DNA from: Takakia lepidozioides
Taxonomy: Eukaryota; Plantae; Bryophyta
NCBI GenBank assembly: GCA_030704615.1
Contig: CM060733.1
Span: 4,588,001 to 4,652,000, forward strand
DNA length: 64,000 nucleotides
Direction: 5' to 3'
Positions 47,240 through 61,420 of the stretch are shown piece after piece. A model generated the notes under the pieces. That model did no database searches. It was given only the letters and a program-made list of their open reading frames with translations, and was not told the origin of the DNA. The first letter of the stretch is position 1; every line of letters begins with the position of its first letter. A program made the translations under genes and the position numbers.

Positions 47240-49547
47240 TCAATTTCTTCTACTGCTTCGACGGCGAGTCGAAGAAGATCCTAATCCTAATGCTCTGATG
47301 GATTGAAAATCCAGGTCACCCTTGACTTCACCATCATTGCCATGATCAGTGCTGGAATCGTCCTCCCTATCCGACCTCATATGTCCAGGCCTTTGAATCT
47401 GCAAGCGACCTCGAACCACATTTAGTTCTTTCTGAGGTCGACTCCCACTCCGGTCTTGAATACCATCCATGGTATCTGGCCTGTTTGTGTGCCGATCGCC
47501 TACAAAAGGTTGGACTGTTCTCTGTCATTTATGGACTTGGGATGCAATCGAAGATGGTCTCGAAGGAGGTACCGGAGGGGGGTCTCTCTTATGTTCCTCT
47601 TGTCTAATTCTCCTCCCTGACTTTCTGCCCTGCCTTTCTGCCTTGCCTATTCGTCGACTGAAAGTTAAGATCTCACTCCCCTGCCAATGGTTCCATCATG
47701 ACCAGATTTGAATCTAAACTAAGTCCTTGGCAATTAGGCGAGATCACACATCCTAGGCCACTGCAGTCATCACTCTGTGCCACTGGCTCTTATTCCAACA
47801 TGGCCAAACACCAACAATTACTTTATGTACAGATCCTTTGAGTCCCAATGATTCCTAACTCAACTGGAACTATCACCCAATCCTATAATTGCACATGGTA
47901 CTGGAACACACCCAGTCCTCCCAACCGCCACACCATGCATCAGCTTCTGTATCATCTCTCTTCCCTACTCGTAGACACTGTTCATCATGGCCGTCCTGTC
48001 TGCCCACACTCTGTACAACCAACATCTACAAGTTTTCTTATCTAGGAAAGAACCAGAAGCAGAGAGTTCCTAATCTCCCCTCAGTACACTTCTCTACCAT
48101 CTTCATATGTAGTTTTGGTCTTGATCAACGGGAGCTCGCCACCACCTGCTGGTCCATGTGACATCCCCATCACCTCCCCCAGACAGCCGTCGACGATTGC
48201 TGAACGTTCAATATCCTGCCAAGCCTCTCGCAGGTTCAATCTCATAGGCATGTTATAGTCTCCCCGAGATGGACCGGCATTAGATGGTCCGACATGTGAG
48301 GAACCACGGGTCTGCTGCGCAACACGTCGGTTAAGGTGAAATTGTAGTGGCAGGTTGTCATCATCCGAGGCTTCAACTTCCGCCCGGTCCAATGCAGCAA
48401 AATGATGCGTGCGTGTGGAAAACAGATCAACCCTGTTGCTCCTTAATGCCCGCTGTGTTCATGGGGAGCTGATCGGTTTTGGCATTGTGGTGGAGCTGGT
48501 CATATCAGTGAGGCATGATCTCGTCCCGTCGACTGTACAATGGGTTCGACACCATCGTTTGTATGAACGGGGTTGCGTACGTTGCTTGGTCCTGGAAGTT
48601 CATCACCCCTAAGCTCCATTGGGGCACTACCGGTGACTTCAGCGTGTAGTGGGGGACGAGAGGACCCCAACTTCATTTTGAGGACCATGTTCTGGGGATG
48701 ACACAATTGCAGCTTCACCTTCAAGGTCATCAAAGGTCGGCTGGATATAAGTATCATCCTCTGTGAATGTAAACGGGTCATACGCATTTTTGGGAGCATC
48801 ATCGGATCCATCTTCACTATCGGAGACAAATGATTCCTTTTGAGATGATTCTCTTTGAGGCTCAGTATCGTCACTCATCGAATCTACCTCAGAAGCAGAG
48901 TATTTGGAATGCAAATTCCTCTCATACCATGCTGCATCATCATCCGCTACCCTCTCACATAACAGTCAACAATTGGTATACACATACACCAATTTATCAG
49001 CCCTCGCGGGATTCAACCTGTTGCGAATCTTGTTGTGAACAAATGAGTAACTGCTCCAATTACGTTCGCAAGATGAGGCAGAGTACACTTGAGCAAGAAT
49101 ACGCTTCGCAATAGGAGCCAATGTTCTTGCTCCAACTCCAATCAGATCCCACCATTCATGTGGCAACATATTGAGTTCTTTTGGATTCGACATGTCCTCA
49201 AAAGGGTCGCGGGGATCTGAGAAGCATTGGTACTCGGATATAGCTCTTTGAGCTCTCTGCCATGTTTGGCAGAGCCAGTCGCATGAGCACTCGCACAAGG
49301 CCGGCATTGGCATCAGCGTCGTCTCAGAGCATGATATTGTCGAGCAAGAATGGATTGAGCAAAGCCCCCGCACAATGCAAGTCCGTTCGAACCATCGAAC
49401 GACGGTCGTAAAATGCATCCTCAGCACTGTCCACAAGTTCAGGTTCCAAGGAGAAGGGAGGATGCCTCAAGGATTGGACGTGCTTCTCAAGATTTTGCAT
49501 TAGTAACCATGCCTTGCCCATTACTGGTTGCTTTCCATCAAACTCCC
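47240..49547 (-). mobile_element. hAT transposase C-terminal relic (dimerisation domain and acidic tail), truncated at 49547
   Basis: REFDGKQPVMGKAW..LHCAGALLNP..PHEWWDLIG..LAPIAKRILAQVYSASSCERNWSSYSFVHNKIRNRLNPARADKLVYVYTN. Confidence 0.88.
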
Positions 49548-49690
49548 TGTGTGTGAGTTTTGGATGAAGAAGGTGTGAGTGAGGATGTGTTGTTAAACCG
49601 TGTGAATGATTCTGACTCCTCTCCTTTGGATCCTGCCTATCTCGCTAGCCTGCTTTACCGAGCACACATCCCTGTGATAGCTCAATACCC
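49548..49690 (+). repeat. Shared LTR segment, 5' copy
   Basis: Direct repeat of 56875-57017 with scattered substitutions. Confidence 0.9.
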
Positions 49691-52644
49691 GTAGAGGAAG
49701 AGGAATAACGGGGTGGGCGAGAATCTTGGTGGAGAAGGGTTGCAGGATTTCGTTAATCATTAGCTGCACATTCTTTCTTTGTACGTCAGGTAGCTGTACG
49801 CTGACACTGTTACCATGGCGGCGCTCTATTGTTTCAGTTCTCGCTCATATTTTTGCTTGCTCCTGGCTTTCACAGTATCTGCTTGCGCTTCTGCAACCTG
49901 CGGCAATGGCCTCGTCTTCTAATCCTCCAACTGACGCTGAGCTTAACGTGTGCAAAGAAACTCCCGCTGGTCATTTTGAGTCGATTTTTGCCAGCATCGT
50001 GCGTGCTTCGGTTGATCCTAGCCTGGTGGTTGAAGTCGATTATCCGCTTCTTGGTGCCCTGGTTGAACGCCCTGAATTAGTCCTCGACACACCTTCTGAT
50101 CACTGGGTGGCTCAGTTTGAATTGACCGCTACGTTGGAGGGTCTGAAGCCCACCCACACCTTGTAAGAAGAAGCGGAGCAGAGGCAAAAGTGTATCCAAG
50201 CTTTTGAAGGGGCCAGAGCGGCCAAGGCCTTGCAACGACTTTTTGTTGCGGAGATAGCACGCAAGCTTCCATTACCTGAGGCCAAAGACAAGCTCTTGAA
50301 GGGTTGGCGGCTCTCGTGGGCTGAACTTGGTATTTCACAGTAGCTGGGGAGGTTTCTGGCGAGTGCGAGAACTTCCTTCTGCCCAACTTACCCAGTGCGC
50401 ATCGACTGTGGGAGCTGGTGAAAGGTGGCAGTTCACTTGTCTTGGCCAACCTGCGGCATACCTGGAAACCTGACTACAATGTGGACATAACTTGGGATGA
50501 CCATGTTGCAGGCATTCCCCTCTCGCTTTCCTCATACTGTGCATGATATTTTGTTTTTCCCTGCTATTCTGTTTAGACAGGAAAGACTGGGTTACTACTT
50601 GTCTGGATTTCCTGTTACTGATTTTCCAATGCATACACTGCTTGCCAAGGAAAAGCTTATCCGCTCCATTGTTCGAGTGGTTTTCTGGCTCAAAGTGGAC
50701 GAAGAACTGTGGCACTTTCTGGGTGAAGGTGTTTACATGCTTCACAAACACAGATTCATAAGTGGCTATTGCATCAAGGACTGGGAGTCCAAATTGCGTC
50801 CTGCACGATCCTCCAGCAGAAGGTAACCACTTTGTTTTTAACACGACAGACTACAATGCATGTCACTACTCGGTCTGGCAAGGAGCCCTGGAATGTGCTA
50901 GATGAGTTGAATGATGTGGATCTTACTGACGATGTGAAAGTTGATGGTGACACTCTTCCTGATCCTATGTCTGAAACCTTGTCTCCTGAGGAGCCACTGC
51001 CAGGTGATGATACCAGTCCGACCCAAGGGGTCCCTCCAGCCTCTGGTAATGTGCCTAACCTAAATATTCAGGGCATTTGTGATGCTATGGCTACGTTGTC
51101 TAGTTGTCCAACTCTCATGCGGCTCTTTTTGGATAAGCAAGTAGGTTTGCCTTCAGTTACCAAGCTCAAGGAGGTCCATTGTGCTCACAAACGGCCTTAT
51201 CCTGACTATGAGGTAGACCAGGACTTTGACAACTTCCTCAATTTTTTTGACATGAGTGTTAAATTCAATGAGCTGCCAACTTCTATGATTACTGATTCCT
51301 TTCGTTTTTGTCTCAAAGGTGAGGCTCGTGACCTATTTGAAGCTAGTATCAAGGATCAGGGTGAGTTGCGATGGGGAGTGGCCAAGCAGTTGGCACTTCA
51401 GTCGTTTCGTGCAGACATGCCCATCAACTACACCATGCCCCGATCGTCCTTATCAACCTAGTGAGAGTATTTGGAAATACTACACTGACTTGAAAACCAC
51501 GGTGGTGAAGGCCATTCCGGTACCTTCTGAATGCATTGCCATCCTTAAAACCTACTTCATTACCGGATTGCCTGCCTCTGATCAAGTCTACCTACAAAAG
51601 CATCGTTATCGCAATGAGAGGCATATGGTAGAGATGATGGATGAGCGCATGCGGTTTAAGAATGCTAAACTAGGCAAAGGCTGTATGCCTGTTGCTCATC
51701 AACAAGAGGTGCATACTCAGCTTTAGGCTGTAAGGGCAGAAGGATCCTGGAGGGCCGCACCTGCCAAGCCTCCTCCTGCTGACTCTCATCGTAGCCACAC
51801 TCAGACTGGCCCACGGTATGAGGTTCAAGGTAAACGTGTGGCCTGTTTCATTTGTGGGTCACTTGAGCACTGGACCCGCTTCTGCACCTATGCTGCTCTT
51901 GTCCCTGGTATGATTGAAGAACACAAACGCATTCAACGTGAACAGAGGGGCAAACAGCCTTTAAACGAACCAGATCGCTTGTGAAGGGGCCAAGCGGTCA
52001 GTATCCCAGCGAAAGATGACTCCATTGTTTCTGTAATTTTGTCCAATGAATTCAAGTTAATGCATTGTGAAGCCAATAGGAAGCTTCGGAAGGAAAGAGT
52101 ACACCCTCTCATGACTCAATGTCACATAGGGCACCTCTCGTTTTGATGTGTTGTTGACATAGGCTGTTCCATTGTCTGTGGTTCGACTACTTGGTCTCAA
52201 ACTAACTCCAGCCAAGGGTCTGCAGGTGACCATTGCAGATGGCACACGTTATGAACCCCTAGGTTTGGTCACCGTCCCATTAAGGTCAGTTGCAAGTCGG
52301 TCACACTGACTTGTATCGTTACCATTGGTGAGCAATTGCTGTTAGGCTTGGATGTGTGTTGCAGGGGCCAAGATTGATGTGGTTGAAAACATCATGTGGC
52401 TTGTCAGTGGCAGCTCATCCCGCCACAATGTGCAGCTCAACTCTGTCTCCTTGCCCGCTGGTTGTGCCACTGCACATCTCTCCCACATGCGAACCATTGT
52501 TGCTGAAACAAAACGGCAGGCTGGTGAGTAATACAACTGGACACGCTACTTTAACTTTGCCAAGACGGCTCCCTTCACCCTGTATCAATGGCAACCACCT
52601 TTGCCTGGTAAGAAGAGTGGCCCTCCCATTCCAATCCCAGGTAA

Positions 52645-52915
52645 CACCACTCTTCTTCACAATCCCGCTGACTTTGTCATACCTGCCTCCTCCCAAAAGA
52701 TTGTTTCTCTTGGCCTCACCTTTCTTTGTCCACAAGGTCATTATCTTGAAGTCGAGGGGTGGAAACGCTTGATGTTTTCCAAACATTGTTTGATTGCATC
52801 TGGGGTGTTGGATTGGGGCTTTCGAGGGGAGCTCAGACTTCTTGTTGCCAACCTAGAACGCATACCTATCACCATCCGCAAGGGTCAGGTCCTCGCTCGA
52901 CTCACTGCCACCCCA
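52645..52915 (+). CDS. dUTPase-like domain within pol, between protease and RT
   Basis: DFVIPASSQKIVSLGLTFLCPQGHY..IASGVLDWGFRGELRLLVAN..ITIRKGQVLARL follows the trimeric dUTPase pattern (motif III GVIDxDYRGE, motif IV GxRIAQL). Confidence 0.75.
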
Positions 52916-55900
52916 TTGACAAATTTAGGAGAGGTGCAACATGCTGTAAGTTTTGCTGATATTGGCCTGTCTGATGATCCTGTAGATCACTTGCATCTCT
53001 TGGCACAATCTGTCGCTGCACCCAAGATCAGTCCCCTCACTCCTGCGCAATCTACTCATCTTTGACTGATATCAAAATATGCTCTGGTCTCACTGAAAAT
53101 AAAAGCTCTCGTTTATATCGTGTTATTCGTGACAATTTTGATGTTTTCAGTGCTGGTTCTCATGATTTGGGACGTACCGAGGTTCTTCATCATGACATTA
53201 TCACTGAAGGTAGCCCTGTCAAACAGTATGCTTATAGAGAGAGTGTCAAAGAGGGCGAAATTATGCAAACCGAACTGACCAAGATGCTTGATGCAGGAGT
53301 TATTAAACCCTCTATTTCCCCCTGGGCTAGCCCCATCGTGTTGGTTGCCAAGAAAGATGGTACCACCCGTTTCTGTGTTGATTTTCGACGCCTCAATGCC
53401 TTAACCAAAAAAGATGTATATCCTTTACCTCGCATTAATGATACTTTGGATCATCTCAATGGTGCCACTCTCTTCTCTTCCTCGGATCTTGCTGCGGGCT
53501 TTTGGCAGGTTCCACTCACAGAGTCAACCAAGGAGAAAACTGCGTTTACTTGTAAGATGGGCCTGTTTCAGTTTGAAACCATGCCTTTTGGATTATGTAA
53601 TGCCATTGCCACCTTTCAACGTCTCGTGGATGTTGTTCTAGGGAACTTGCGTTGGGAATGTGCATTGGTATATGTTGATGACATCAACGTTTACTCAGCT
53701 GACTTTGATTCTCACATGCTGGATCTGAAGCGCGTTTTGTGCAGGCTTAGAGGAGCAGGTCTTAAAGTGAAAGCCAAGAAATGTGACGTGTGCATGACGG
53801 AGCTTCATTTTCTTGGCCACCTTCTCTCAGCCCAAGGCATTAGCCCTGACCTTGCCAAAATTCAGGCTGTCTGGGAATATCCTACTCCACGTGACAAAAA
53901 TTGTGTCCGTGCTTTTCTTGGGTTAGCCTCTTACTATCGTCGTTTCATTAAACACTTTGCTCACATTGCCGCTGCGCTTAATCAGTTGTTATGCAAAGAT
54001 GTTCGCTTTCTTTGGGGCAAGTCCCAAATCACTGCTTTTGAGAAACTCAAAATCGCCCTCACCAGTGCACCCATTCGGGTCTTTCCTGATTTTTCCCTGC
54101 CCTTTATTCTTCAGACTGATGCCTCTGACCTAGCTGTTTCAGCTATTCTATGCCAAAAGAGAAATGGCAAGGAACATGTGGTGGCCTATGCTTCCAGGCG
54201 GCTTGACAAACATGAAAAGAACTATAGTATCACTGATAAAGAGGGCCTTGCAGACATTTTTGGGTGAAACATTTCCGGCAGTATCTCCATGGCTGCCCCT
54301 TTGTTATTCAGACTGATCAACTTCCATTGAAGGCTCTCAAAACCCCACGAGCACTCTTAGGACGCTTGGCTCGGTGGTCACTTACTCTTCAAATGTTCGA
54401 GTACTTACGACATTTAGTATAAGAAGGGCAAAGCCAACAGCAATGCTGACGCTCTCACACGCACTGAGACTAAGTCCTCTGCCTCTTATGTTACCTTAGA
54501 TGACCTTGCACACTGCTTACCATCTGGTGCTTCACCCTTGCCTTCCTCCTCTCCTGACGGGTCCGATTTACTTGCTTTGTTTGCCACTGTTCCTTTTCTT
54601 CCACCTGATCTCATGTCTGAATGGGATTTGCTCTCTTTTTCTGCTGGTTGAGATTGGTTTAGAGTGCTGTCCTGTCACTACGGTCATATTCTAGGTATGA
54701 TATCACTCTCTCTTCTCTGATTGCACTGTCCATTTCTCCTTCTAGTTCTGGTTTTGGCATTGAATCCTCTCCATAGGGAAATCTGCTTATGTGCTTCATT
54801 GTCCTTGGTTGCATCTTCATGAAGTCTCCCTTGGCATTTAGTTGAGCTGAAAGCCTTCCCCTAGAGATCACTGAGGCGAACACTCCGTTATGCTCACACT
54901 AACCCAAGGGCTGGCTATGGCAGCTGCAACCATGGAGGACCTACTTTACCAAGCCCTCCTCCAGAAGTGTAAGACCAACACTCATCTGTCGGGCCTCTCT
55001 TCCCGTCTCCTCAGGCAAGTCAACTATCATCTCCCCTCTCATCGGGAGCATGAAGGTAAGTTGCTTAAGGTAGTTCATATTCATGGGCAAGTGATTGCCG
55101 TGGAGGTCCCTACTAGGAGCTCTATGCCTGCGTTGCTTGAGCTTTACCATTGCTCACTATATGCTGGTCATCTAGGCATTGACAAAACTGTCAAGCGACT
55201 CCAGGAAAAGTACCATTGGAAGGGGTTAACTAAGGATGTGGCAGATTTCATTTCTAAGTGTGTTCCATGTAAGTCTAAAACACTGCTGCCTAGGACCATA
55301 GCTCCTCTTAAATTACAACTAATTCCGGTGACTAAGATGTTTGCCCGAGTTGGTCTTGATCTTGTTGGACCCCTCAAAACTACGACTAAGGGCAATAGCT
55401 ACATTGGTATGGCTACTGATTACCTGTCTAAGTGGGTTGAGATCGGACCGATGGTTGCTAAGGACAGTGATGAGGTGGTTGATTCTTCTTTGATGAAATC
55501 CTGCTACGCCATGGTTGTCCCCTTGAAATTTTAACTGATCAGGGTACGGAGTTTTGTAACCAGCTAATGGAGGTTGTGTGCTTTAATTTAGTTGTCAAGC
55601 ATCGCTTGACTGCTCCCTACAACCCACAGTGCAACGGGCTTACAGAGAGGTTCAACAAAACCATGTGCCAGTTGTTAGAAAAGAACGGGGCTCTCACTGA
55701 AGAATGGGATGTTACTCTACCCATTCTCATATTTGCCTACAGGACCTCGGTACATGCCAGTACTCGCTTTTCCCCTTTTGAATTATTGTATGGCCGCAAG
55801 GCTCGCACCCCTCTTCATGTCTCTAGGCTTCAAACTCAGGTTGAGGAGCCCATCATATTGGAAGACTTTCTTACTCACCTCACTTCTCATCGTTTGTGTT

Positions 55901-56874
55901 TATTAGAGACTGCTAAACACAACATTCAGGTTTATCAAGTTGCTCAGGCTAGAAATTATAACCGTAGGGTTGTTTACTCTGAATTTTTTTCTCTAGGCCA
56001 GACTGTTTGTGTTTGATTGCAACCTGGCAAACAGGTCACCAAATCCAAGATGCGGATCGATGGGCCTTATCTGATTCATGCGATTATGCCTGGTCAACAG
56101 TACCGTCTTCTTCCTCAGCATCCTTCTACGGCAAAGATTGCAAGGACAATTCATGTTTATCAACTTGTCCCTTCTAAGCTGCAGTTTGATTTGACCTGCC
56201 TCAACGTGGAGAATCGGCATGTGGTTTTAACTCCGAAGAAGCGTGCTCGGCTTGATTCTGATTCAGTTGCTACCTAGACTTCCTCATGACACTATCTTTT
56301 ATTCAGCTGCTCCCTACATAGGATCTCTCTCATTTTTCTTTGTAGTTCTCCAGGTTGCACACCTCACAAGATAGGGTTTTTCCACAACAAGGTTTTGTCC
56401 TTCGTTCAAATTGCAGAGCAAGGTTTTCCTTGTTGCGGTTTTTTCATCCTATCTTGGTGTGACCTTGAGTGACACTGCTCCCTGTTTTGAGCATAATGTT
56501 TGTTAGCTGGCTCGCTGGAGCTCGCTTCTCTGTGTGCCAGGAGGCTTTACATATGTAATGGCCAGATTCCTTCTACCTACCTTTTCGACATTTGGATGAA
56601 CAGACTTTGGATGATGACCGTTGAAAAAGGACTTGGATGAAACCAGCTGGAAACAATCTATTTTTAAACTACGTATTGTCTTATGTTAATAGCTAGTTTA
56701 TCTCTAAAATAAAATGAGGTGGCGTCCTATCTGGACAGACACCGGGATGGCATCCAAGTGATCAATCAGGGCTTGCCACTTGGTTAGATGAGATTGTGGG
56801 CCTTCGTTTATTAAAGAGATCAACACGACGCTTAAGGCGGCTGTGTACGTTTGGTGTGTAAACCCTAGTGTACA

Positions 56875-57017
56875 TGTGTGTGAGTTTTGGATGAAGAAGG
56901 TGTGAGTGAGGATGTGCTGTTAAACCGCGTGAATGATTCTAACTCCTCACCGTTGGATCCTGCCTATCTCGCTAGCATGCTTTACCAAGCACACATGCCC
57001 GTGATAGCTCAATACCC
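56875..57017 (+). repeat. Shared LTR segment, 3' copy
   Basis: Direct repeat of 49548-49690. Confidence 0.9.
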
Positions 57018-57303
57018 TTTTGGTATTTTTGTTTTAAAAACAAATATCATAAATAAATAAATATAATGTTGTCTGCTCTCTCAGCAGTGAGTATGTGAAG
57101 CGCATGCAAGAGTGGGCGTCGTGGCCCGCATGCGCGTGTGCATGCTTGTAGCACTGCTGCATGCACACTGCTTTCTCGTACTTGAGCTTTCTCAGCTTTC
57201 TCGTTTGGAGTCTTTTCTTCTACCTACTGTTTGTAGTTATCCAAGAGTTATCCCCGTGACTGAATTTGAGTCTTCGGTGCCTTGTTTGTGTTCAAGTTTC
57301 ATC

Positions 57304-58378
57304 ATGCCGATCAAGGTATATGGCACCGCTAAATCAAGCTGCACACAACGGGTGCTGATGACATTGTTTGAGAAAGAAGTGCAGGATGTACAAATTGAGA
57401 AGATCAATCTCGCTACTGGAGAGAACTTGAAGCCAGAATTCTTGAAGTTGCAGGTGTGTACATCCATGTGGTGGTTCATTTTACTGGCAACATAGAATAG
57501 ACTTCAATGTTTGAAGTTGTAAGTATGCTAACATTCCACGTACAAAGGCATGATCTAGTGGTACACAGATGCTAATATTCGGTTTTCCATTTTGAATCTT
57601 TGCAGCCTTTTGGGAAAATTCCAGTCCTGCAGGATGAGATAGTGACTCTCTACGGTATGATCCAGAGATCTTCAGCAAGTACAGTGGAGTCTATCTTTCA
57701 GGAGGTTTTCATTTCTTCTTTTAATTTGTTTGTGCGGATCTCATTGTACAAGTTCATGATTATTTTACGTACGGTGTCAAGAGAAATGACGAGTTCAGAT
57801 ATTTGCGAGTCCATTGAGTATTGTTTTTCCATTGGCTTCCTATATATCAAATGGCTTTGGATGGCAATTACCCACATGCATGTCCACCGCGGGTTACAGC
57901 TTTATTTCGGTGATTGACAGAGTCTCGGGCTATTGCAAGATATATAATTGAGAAGTATCCCGACCAGGGCACAGCTGCATTGAAAGGAAGGAATCTCAGG
58001 GAGTTTGGTCTGGTTGAGCAGTGGACAGAGGTTGAGTCCCAGAACTACAATCCTTCAGTGTCGACCATAGTCTACGAGCTCGTGTTTGGTCCAATGAGAG
58101 GATTGAAGCCTGACGTGAATAAAGTTGCGGAAGAAGTGGAGAAGTTGAGTAAGATTCTGGATTTATACGACGAGCATTTATCAAAGAACGATTACTTGGC
58201 AGGGGACTTCTTCAGCCTAGCAGACCTTACTCACATTCCTTATACTTACAATCTCATTCATATGGCCAAGAAAGGTTATCTGATCACCACCAGGAGGTAT
58301 GTGAAGGCATGGTGGGAAGATATCACCGCTCGCCCAGCCTGGACGAAGGTTCTCGCGCTTGCAGCAAAGGAAGAATAG
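57304..58378 (+). CDS. GSTF: Phi-class glutathione S-transferase, 3 exons (57304-57453, 57606-57654, 57921-58378)
   Basis: MPIKVYG..SSCTQRVL..KPEFLKLQ|PFGKIPVLQD..LY|ESRAIARY..YLAGDFFSLADLTHIP; same intron positions as the first GST. Confidence 0.95.
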
Positions 58379-61300
58379 ATGAAATCGTCCTGGGTGGGAA
58401 GTTTTGTCAAGAACACTATAGAGGTTAAGCACACCCCGGCGCAATAAGTGATGGGAGTAGCTTTAGCAAGATTCCAATGATATGGTGTCGCTATGTCCCC
58501 GCCCATGGATCCTGCTGTTTGAGCTCAGTACAGTGAAGGCTAAGTGTTAGATGAAGTTGGGATTTTACTGATCCAGGAGCTCATATGTCCCTTACTCACC
58601 GTAAATATGTGTCATTTTGCTTGTATCATATATGAATTTGTCCATGTAACTAGTTGTTCAAACATTTATCTATAAGTGTCAACTTGTGTGTATGTCCAAG
58701 GGAATGGCAGTTGTCCACAAACAAACTCATCTATCTTGGTTTCTCCTGTGCTTGTGGTGAAGCCTGGGCTGCAGATGCCATTTCAGATCTTGCAGGATTT
58801 TCTGCAGTGCACAAAACAGTAGTTCCAAGTAGTGAGGAGTTTCCTTTTGAAAGTCCGTCAGGCTGTATAGGTGTAAACACCCAGAATTTCTCAAGCACTA
58901 CTTCAAATCTAGTGAAACCAACTAGTTGTCCTCTGATGAACTTCCCAATCAGTGATGATGGAAATATGAGCCATGAAAGACTATAGAAGTTTCAATTATG
59001 TGTAGATGAAAGTAGACTTTGCTATTCACAAAGGAGGAGCTCCCACCAGGTGTTTTGTTTTTTTGGCTTATGTAGGTTCTATGGAGAAGCTTTATTCTGG
59101 AGAATCCATTACGTTGAATTGTTAGGAAAGTGTGAAGTAGTCTTTACTGTCTTACTTTGCTTTGGGAACTAAATCATGTTCTCCACTCAAATCAGTCTGA
59201 GTTCCTTGGGAAACATAGATCATGTCCCCTTGTGTGCACAGGCTAAGAGAAGAGACCTGCCCTTCAATTACGTCCTCATTTCCCCCAGCCATACAGGGAG
59301 TACATCCACAGGTTTGTCTCTCATATAGGCCAGCACAGGTTCTAGAAACAGGATTGTGGATATTTTATGGCACACTCACACTCTAAAAATTCCATAGATT
59401 TTTAGCAGAGTCCCAAAAACAGAAACCAGCAATGGGCTCCCCGGTCTAGGTAGGTAGATTTCCCCTTTCTGCAGCTATCCCCCCAAAAACTGAGTCAAAC
59501 AGAGTCCATTTGACAAAGATATGACCAATTTGTGCAGCCACCTCATGTAGGTTTGTAAAGAAAGTTCCAGTCTTTCATTTCATCACTTTACTGTAGTGAT
59601 ACAATTTCCATTGCAGTGTCCTGATGGTCAGGAAGTGGCTCTTTATTTTCCTCAGTTTCGGCCAGAGTCTTTCCTCTATCAAAATACTCTACAAAGTGTG
59701 TTGAATTCAGTGTTGGGTGGACAATTGCATAGGCCCGGGTTAAACAGCGAATGCATTTATCAGGAACCAGACTGTAAGCCTCAATAAATAATAGTCAATA
59801 TTGGAACCATTTTTTTAAATTGTTGGCGAACCGGGTTGCAGTTATCAGGAACTGGACTGGAACGGCCTCAATAAAACATAATCTTTGCAGTACCAATTCC
59901 CATCACCTCGAATCAGAGAACTGGAGGACATCGGCCACATATACATTTCAAAAACAGCGTCCCATGCAGGTTCTTTCCTGGCGGTGCAGTGCATCCCCCC
60001 ACTTCCTCTTCCTCTTGTATCAACCGGTGTTGGTCTGGTATCGTGTTTTGGAGATACCAGTATAAAAATTTAGAGATGTCCCAAACACGGGTATGCAATA
60101 ATAAAAAAAAACCCAGATTTTGTTACTTGTAGGATATCGATAATGCCAGCATTTCACTTTTGCAGACTTGGTATCAATGCTGATATCAACTTCTGGTAAA
60201 GTATCAAAAATTTACATTTCAGGAGAAGCACACATTTGTTTTTAATTAAAAAAATTTAAAGCTTAAGTGCGCACTTCACAGCGGCTGAAGTGCACTGAAT
60301 ATTATAACATGCATATGGAAACTTTTGGCCTTGCATTTATAACCATTTTCAGTGCCACTGTTTTTCTTTCCAGCCACAAAGACTAATGCTGAATGCGACA
60401 TAGCACTAATACAAATAGAAACAAAACCATCTTCCACCATCTCTAGGCTACGCACATTGATACCTAAACGGCGATACCAACAACAGAGTTCCAGCAAAAA
60501 AAACAAGTAACATCAACAACGGTGAGCCGAGTCCAGTCCACTAGGGTATCGGCCTCCCCCAAATCCTAATCATACCCTACAGGTAGGTGACTCTACGCAT
60601 TTCCTTCCTATCTGGAACCGGCTGGTAGGGGCTTTCATGAAGCTTCCATACCCGGGTGCATAACCAGGTTGATACCCGTATTATTGTACATACCAGACCA
60701 ACACTGGTATTAACGTCAACAAGGGCAATGCAGTGGCCATAGACATCTGAACTGATTAAGATTTGCTGGAGTGCCCTAGGGTCAGAGCCAAACCTAGTTT
60801 TCCTAAGGATGAATATAAGAGACCCATTTCCCATACATAGTGCCTTCCTTGCCAGAGTCTTCCTCCCAAATCTTCTGGCGCTTTCTCTCTCCCCTTTTTC
60901 CCTTACCACTTAAGTTGGCACCCTTTAAATCTTCATTGCAGAGACAAGTTCATATGGGCGACCATATTTCTTACTAAGAGACTGGAAATTGAGAGGGTAA
61001 GAAAGTGTTAGGGGGTGTGCAGTTGAAAAGAACAGGGTAATTGACCTGTCACTGAGTGAAGATAGCAGGTACAAGATCAGAATTACTGAGAAGCAGGAAC
61101 ATATTATAAGCACAAAGCAATATTCGAACTTCCGAATTCAGGTCTAGACATGATCAGACTCCGTAAACTGGCACAAAGAAATGGGCCACTTCACTAAAAT
61201 TCCAAAAGTAACAACAGTTTAAAAAATATAGAAATGCACGCATGAGCAAGTGCAGAGAGATAAAACCTTCACTGATTTACATGACTTTCGAGCAATCAGG

Positions 61301-61420
61301 GCTTGTCCACGTGGTGCTGTTGGCCTGAATAGGCAAATATTGGGCACCCAGAAGCCCAGAAGTGCACTCCGTTACAAGGCTACAGCAAGGAATGGTCATC
61401 AGTCTCTCTCAAGGACTCTC

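Larger units (their letters stand above)
49548..57017 (+). mobile_element. Ty3/Gypsy LTR retrotransposon (ORF0-gag-PR-dUTPase-like-RT-RH-INT), decayed
   Basis: 143-bp direct repeats at 49548-49690 and 56875-57017; gag from 50856 with CFICGSLEHWTRFC; degenerate PR (LLLGLD); RT 53062-~54050 (RFCVDFR, MPFGLCNA, YVDD); RH (QTDAS); INT (H..GH..C..C, DQGTEF, GLTERFN). Confidence 0.92.
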
